Source: Candidatus Aenigmatarchaeota archaeon
Lineage (GTDB): Archaea; Aenigmatarchaeota; Aenigmatarchaeia; CG10238-14; SCSR01
Direction: 5' to 3'
Length of the DNA: 18,841 bases
Assembly: GCA_039000165.1 (NCBI GenBank)
Contig: JAWBTW010000013.1
Span: 1 to 18,841 of the forward strand
Shown: positions 14,789 through 18,841 of the stretch, in pieces
How positions within the stretch are numbered: position 1 is the stretch's first letter
Layout: each line of letters begins with the position of its first letter
The notes under the pieces: generated by a model
Seen by the model: only the letters and a program-made list of their open reading frames with translations
The model's database searches: none
Told to the model about the DNA's origin: nothing
Made by a program: the position numbers and the translations under genes

Positions 14789-15097
14789 ATGAGTATCGTT
14801 TTTGTTTATATAACAAACCCGAGCAAGAAACATGCAGAAAAGTTAGCTTTACACTTACTCAAAAAGAGATTAATAGCTTGCGCAAACATTTTTCCAATTA
14901 AAAGCTTTTATTGGTGGCAAGGAAAAATAGAGAAATCGAAAGAATATGTTTTGATAGCAAAAACTATAAAAGAAAATTTTGAGAAAATTAAAGAAGAAGT
15001 TAAAAAGATTCATGAGTATAAACTACCTTTAATAGCAAAGATAGAAGTTGAATCGAACAAGGAATATGAAGATTGGCTAAGAAAAGAAGTGGTATAA
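14789..15097 (+). CDS. cutA: Divalent-cation tolerance protein CutA
   Basis: VYITNPS...LIACANIFPIKSFYWWQGKIE..KE...KT...IHEYKLPLI...Y.DWL. Confidence 0.93.
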   Translation: MSIVFVYITNPSKKHAEKLALHLLKKRLIACANIFPIKSFYWWQGKIEKSKEYVLIAKTIKENFEKIKEEVKKIHEYKLPLIAKIEVESNKEYEDWLRKEVV

Positions 15098-15657
15098 TGG
15101 GTTATATTTACCTTTATACTGGAACAGGGGCAGGAAAAACAACTAACGCTCTAGGATTAGCTTTGCGTTCTGTAGGGCACAAGCATAAAGTTGTTATAAT
15201 TCAGTTTTTGAAATGGTGGAAAAATACAGGAGAATACAAAATAAGAGATAAGCTTAAGCCTTACTATGAGATTTACCAGTTCGGAAGGCCTGGCTGGTTT
15301 AAGCTTGATGGTTCGCCAAAAGTTTACCGTTTTGGAAAGAAGAAGTTTGTTGTTAGGAATTTGACAGATGCAGACAAGCTTTTTGCGAAAAAAGGGTTAG
15401 AATTTGCCAAAAAAATTGTTAAAGAGAAAAAGCCTCACTTGCTTGTTCTAGACGAAATAAATTTAGCCTTGCACTGGAAACTTTTGGATAAAAAAGAAGT
15501 TATAAAGTTTTTAAAGTCTTTGCCGAAAAGAACTGATGTGGTTTTAACAGGAAGGTTTGCCCCAAGAGAACTTTATAAGATTGCGCATTTTGTTAATGTT
15601 ATAAAAGATGTGAAGTTTCCAAAGAAAATACCAACAACAAAAGGAATTCAATATTAA
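15097..15657 (+). CDS. btuR: ATP:cob(I)alamin adenosyltransferase, CobA/BtuR family
   Basis: YLYTGTGAGKTTNALGLALRSVGH, IIQFLK, TGE, LVLDEIN.A, VVLTGRFAP, GIQY; ATG overlaps the cutA stop (TAATG). Confidence 0.88.
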   Translation: MGYIYLYTGTGAGKTTNALGLALRSVGHKHKVVIIQFLKWWKNTGEYKIRDKLKPYYEIYQFGRPGWFKLDGSPKVYRFGKKKFVVRNLTDADKLFAKKGLEFAKKIVKEKKPHLLVLDEINLALHWKLLDKKEVIKFLKSLPKRTDVVLTGRFAPRELYKIAHFVNVIKDVKFPKKIPTTKGIQY

Positions 15658-15760
15658 CTTCTCTTATACCTTCTAAACTTTCATTAGTTTACAAACTACT
15701 CACAAAATTGATTCAATTCCTTTAAAAAGAAATACATAGACTAGAATGTCCTTAAGTTGT

Positions 15761-16483
15761 TTAAATAAAAAACTCAGAAATCTCCTTTACTTCTATACCA
15801 TTAGCAACTTTTTTCAAATGAACATAACAAAGAGGACAAGCTGTAATGAGAATTTTAGCTTTAGTTTTATTCACTTGTTTTATTCTTTCTTTTGCTATTT
15901 CTTCTGCTAACTCAGGATAATTTCCAACAACTCCTCCCCCACCTCCGCAACAAAAAGAATTTTCTCTAGAAAATTCCATTTCAACAATTTCAAAACCTAA
16001 GAATTTAAGAATTTCTCTTGGCTCTTCATAAATTTTTGAATATCTTCCTAAGTGACAAGGGTCATGATAAGTTATTGTATTGTTAAATTTTTTGTTTAAT
16101 TTAAGCTTGCCTTCTTTTATAGCCTTAGCTATCGTTTGGGTAGTATGTTCAACTTCTATATCCCATTTATCCAAAAGTTTTGGATAATCTTGAGAAAAAA
16201 CTTTAAAACAAGCAGGACAAGAAGTTATTATTTTTCTTACAGAATGCTCCTTAAAAGTTTCTAAATTTTTTTGAGCAAGATTTTTTGCATCATTTCTATA
16301 ACCTGCGTTTAGAGCAGGTGAACCACAACAGACTTCCAAATCTTTAAGCTCGATAAAATCTATTCCTATTTTTCTTAAGATTTTCCTGTAATTTTCCCCC
16401 AAATCTTTAGCAACAAATTTTGTTAAGCAGCCAGGATAGTATAAAATATTTCCTCCTTTTAACTTTTCAAAAAATTTCATCAT
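15761..16483 (-). CDS. CCG-domain (Fe-S)-binding oxidoreductase subunit (LutA/GlpC/HdrB-like)
   Basis: Two CCG domains: YYPGC...EVCCGSP...TSCPAC and YHDPCHLGR...FCCGGGGG...TACPLC; ATGA overlap with the upstream gene (alternative start 16489). Confidence 0.9.
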   Translation of the reverse strand: MMKFFEKLKGGNILYYPGCLTKFVAKDLGENYRKILRKIGIDFIELKDLEVCCGSPALNAGYRNDAKNLAQKNLETFKEHSVRKIITSCPACFKVFSQDYPKLLDKWDIEVEHTTQTIAKAIKEGKLKLNKKFNNTITYHDPCHLGRYSKIYEEPREILKFLGFEIVEMEFSRENSFCCGGGGGVVGNYPELAEEIAKERIKQVNKTKAKILITACPLCYVHLKKVANGIEVKEISEFFI

Positions 16484-17274
16484 ATCCATCCCACAAAGAA
16501 AGCAATTCCAAAAGCAATTAAAATTATACCTGCAGTTAACCTCATATATTTTCTTAATTCAATTCTTTTCTTTTCTGCCTCTTCTACTTTCAGGAAACCA
16601 AAATAGAATATCAAAGTTAAAAGCAACAAAGGAACAACGAAGAAAATGTTGTACCAGACTAAGTAAAAAATAGCTTCTGTCCAGGATAAAGTTCCAGCAA
16701 AGATAGAATTGCTAAGAAAAGAAGTATAAAACAATGGAAAAGCTCCTGCACATGGAATTTCAACTAAACTAACTAAAAAGCCTAAAAGAATCGCAGAAGG
16801 TAAAGTTGCAGATTTAATTAATTTCTCTATTTTTGGTTTTGCAAACTTTGGAATTTCTAGAGAGAAACCTTTACCAGGGAAGAAAAAGTCTTTAGCTTCT
16901 ATTACTCCAAATACGGTAATTATTCCTCCCAAAACATATCTCATTATTTGAGTGTAGCCTACGTAATAATTTGTTAGAGAAATAGCGTTAAGTAGTAAGT
17001 ACATAAATGAAAAGTAAACTAGGAAAATTACAATTGAATAGGAAATTCCTATTATGAGTAGCTTTCTTCTTGAGCCTAAGGCTAGCATATAAGCTACCAT
17101 GAAAAAAAGAACAGATAAAGCACACGGATTAAAAATTCCGTCAACTAGACCAGCAAGAACTCCTATCAAGATTACAGGAAGTTTGCTCATATCTCCCAAA
17201 ATTGGATGATAAAACTCTTGAGCATGTGCTATTGGAATTAATAGTAAAGGAAGTAACAAAAGAATTTTTTTCAT
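16480..17274 (-). CDS. CcdA/DsbD-like transmembrane electron-transfer (cytochrome c biogenesis-type) protein
   Basis: About 6 TM helices with the Pro-Cys pair DGIFNPCA and LVEIPCAG; N-terminal signal-peptide-like segment; GGTGA SD at 17283..17279. Confidence 0.8.
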   Translation of the reverse strand: MKKILLLLPLLLIPIAHAQEFYHPILGDMSKLPVILIGVLAGLVDGIFNPCALSVLFFMVAYMLALGSRRKLLIIGISYSIVIFLVYFSFMYLLLNAISLTNYYVGYTQIMRYVLGGIITVFGVIEAKDFFFPGKGFSLEIPKFAKPKIEKLIKSATLPSAILLGFLVSLVEIPCAGAFPLFYTSFLSNSIFAGTLSWTEAIFYLVWYNIFFVVPLLLLTLIFYFGFLKVEEAEKKRIELRKYMRLTAGIILIAFGIAFFVGWI

Positions 17275-17846
17275 AACTTCACCTTTATTTTACACTTTTT
17301 CATAAATATGAGAATTATGGCTAAACCAAAGACACCGGCAAAAGTTAAAACTAAAATTGGAGTGGAAGGAAGAACAGAGTAAGATGTTGGTAATGACGAA
17401 GAATTGTAAAAGCCTCTGTTCATAAACCCTATGAAAACTTTTTCTCCTATAAAAGTCATTGGTACGCCAGAAGGTTGAGTATTACATTTTTCACAAACCT
17501 CCTTCCAAAATTTTGCATTTTCGGGATGGTAATAAACTTCAAAATCGTATACTTCTAAGTTAGGATACTTTTTCTTCAACTCATCAAGAAAAGGTTTTTC
17601 CTCAGCACAATGCGGGCAGCCTTGACCCCAAAAGAAGTATACACATATTTTTCCTGGAGATATAACTTTTCCGTCAGGACAAACATTACAAATAGTACAA
17701 TTTATTATTGCTTCTTCTATCTTGTCACTATAACCGATTTCTTGAGTATAATTCCTTTGAATTAAAGGTTTACTTACGGTAATTAAAATTCCAACGAAAG
17801 CAATTAAACCAATGATAGTCCCGACAATTATAAGGTTTTCTCTCAT
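17271..17846 (-). CDS. Membrane-anchored extracellular thioredoxin/glutaredoxin-like protein
   Basis: FFWGQGCPHC active site, GVP cis-Pro loop, N- and C-terminal TM helices; ATG 17846 preceded by GGTGA (17855..17851). Confidence 0.85.
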   Translation of the reverse strand: MRENLIIVGTIIGLIAFVGILITVSKPLIQRNYTQEIGYSDKIEEAIINCTICNVCPDGKVISPGKICVYFFWGQGCPHCAEEKPFLDELKKKYPNLEVYDFEVYYHPENAKFWKEVCEKCNTQPSGVPMTFIGEKVFIGFMNRGFYNSSSLPTSYSVLPSTPILVLTFAGVFGLAIILIFMKKCKIKVKL

Positions 17847-17854
17847 TTTTTCAC

Positions 17855-18841
17855 CTAACAGCAATACAATTCTTTTGGAATTTTTCCTTCCTCTATTTTT
17901 CCGAAAGGGTTACCATACTTTCTTATATTTTCAACCATCTTTTTATTTCCTTCTGTTTCAATTTTTTCACTTACTGAAATTTCTCTTAATTTTCTAATGA
18001 TTTCTGCGACATCAATTTCTAAAGGACAATTGACCTTGCAAGATTCGCAAGTAGTGCAATAATAGAGCCCTTTATCAAAAGCTTTCTTTAAATCATTAAT
18101 AAAAGCTGTTTTTGCTACCCCTATACCACCAAAATAATTATACCCGTAACTATCAAAAATTTGCTTGTAAACTGGGCAGAAATAAAGACAAGAGCCGCAA
18201 TTTATGCAGTAAAGAATTTCGGCTAAACCATTTTTTATCATCTTACTCCTACCGTTATCGATTAAAACCAAAAAAACTTCTTTTGGGCCATGCGCACCAT
18301 AAACAATTTCTTCCTTAATATCAGCAGTCTTGCTAGGCGAGCTAATAACATTTATGTAAGAAGGTAAAGAAGTTCCGGTTCCCCAAATAGCTAAAGCTTG
18401 GCAAATTGTTATAGCATCTTGAATAGAAGGTACTATTTTATCAATTCCAGCAACTATTATATGCTTTTCAACAAGTTTTGAAACTAATGAAATGTTACCT
18501 TCATTTTCTAGAATAAAAATTCCTCCGTCCGAGGAAATGGTATTTGCTCCTGTTAAACCGATTTTTGAACTTAAAATTTCTTTTCTCAGATATTCTCTTA
18601 TCCAGGCTACTATTTTTTCAGGAGATTTTTCAAGGTTTACCTTAAACTTTTCCTCTATTTTCTTCACTATTTTTTCTATTGGAATGTGTAAAGCAGGGGT
18701 TACAGGATGTATAGAACTTTCTTCACAAATTTCAATTAAAAAATCACCACAATCAGTTTCTATTACTTCATTTCTTTTTTCCAAGTATTTTTTTAATTCT
18801 ATTTCGCTGATTACATTCGATTTTGACTTAACCACTTTCCC
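17855..18841 (-). CDS. LUD-domain / LutB-like 2x[4Fe-4S] protein (5'-truncated by window edge)
   Basis: VVKSKS, ETD.GD, H...PALH, GLTGAN, NEGN, GAHGPKE...LIDNGRS, CINCGSCLYFCP and CTTCESCKVNCP; frame open to the window end. Confidence 0.88.
   Translation of the reverse strand, partial: GKVVKSKSNVISEIELKKYLEKRNEVIETDCGDFLIEICEESSIHPVTPALHIPIEKIVKKIEEKFKVNLEKSPEKIVAWIREYLRKEILSSKIGLTGANTISSDGGIFILENEGNISLVSKLVEKHIIVAGIDKIVPSIQDAITICQALAIWGTGTSLPSYINVISSPSKTADIKEEIVYGAHGPKEVFLVLIDNGRSKMIKNGLAEILYCINCGSCLYFCPVYKQIFDSYGYNYFGGIGVAKTAFINDLKKAFDKGLYYCTTCESCKVNCPLEIDVAEIIRKLREISVSEKIETEGNKKMVENIRKYGNPFGKIEEGKIPKELYCC

Noticed and set aside
252..18318. Other short track ORFs (252, 993, 2027, 5867, 6597, 6760, 7974, 8132, 9202, 10594, 11721, 12708, 13175, 17812, 18112)
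   Set aside because: All overlap well-supported genes in antisense or alternative frames and lack motifs.

Overview
AT-rich, gene-dense archaeal window. Reverse gyrase, tRNAs without encoded CCA, an intron-containing tRNA and GGTGA Shine-Dalgarno motifs point to a thermophilic archaeon; a DPANN/Aenigmarchaeota-like lineage is an inference. In order: 3' end of reverse gyrase, a HisRS-like catalytic domain with no anticodon-binding domain, tRNA-Ser(GGA), thiI, two Zn-binding small proteins, a ~1 kb single-gene insert bounded by a duplicated and synonymously recoded gene 3' end, a nucleotide pyrophosphatase-family gene, a short PEPCK-like P-loop protein, a Cys-rich surface protein, minD, class II RNR + ferredoxin + nucleoside phosphorylase, cysS, intron-containing tRNA-Cys(GCA), cutA-btuR, and a LUD/thioredoxin/CcdA-like/CCG redox operon. 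The most striking observation is upstream of cysS. A winged-helix regulator ORF missed by the ORF track has no in-frame start. The only ATG with a Shine-Dalgarno motif opens a 10-codon ORF (MGDSLCCSTH*) in which a prfB-type CUU-U slip site is followed directly by two Cys codons. A +1 shift there enters the wHTH frame, which reads through the whole tRNA-Cys gene and stops at the cysS start. This is a candidate cysteinyl-tRNA-sensing frameshift circuit, but a single-base assembly error or pseudogene cannot be excluded from one sequence.
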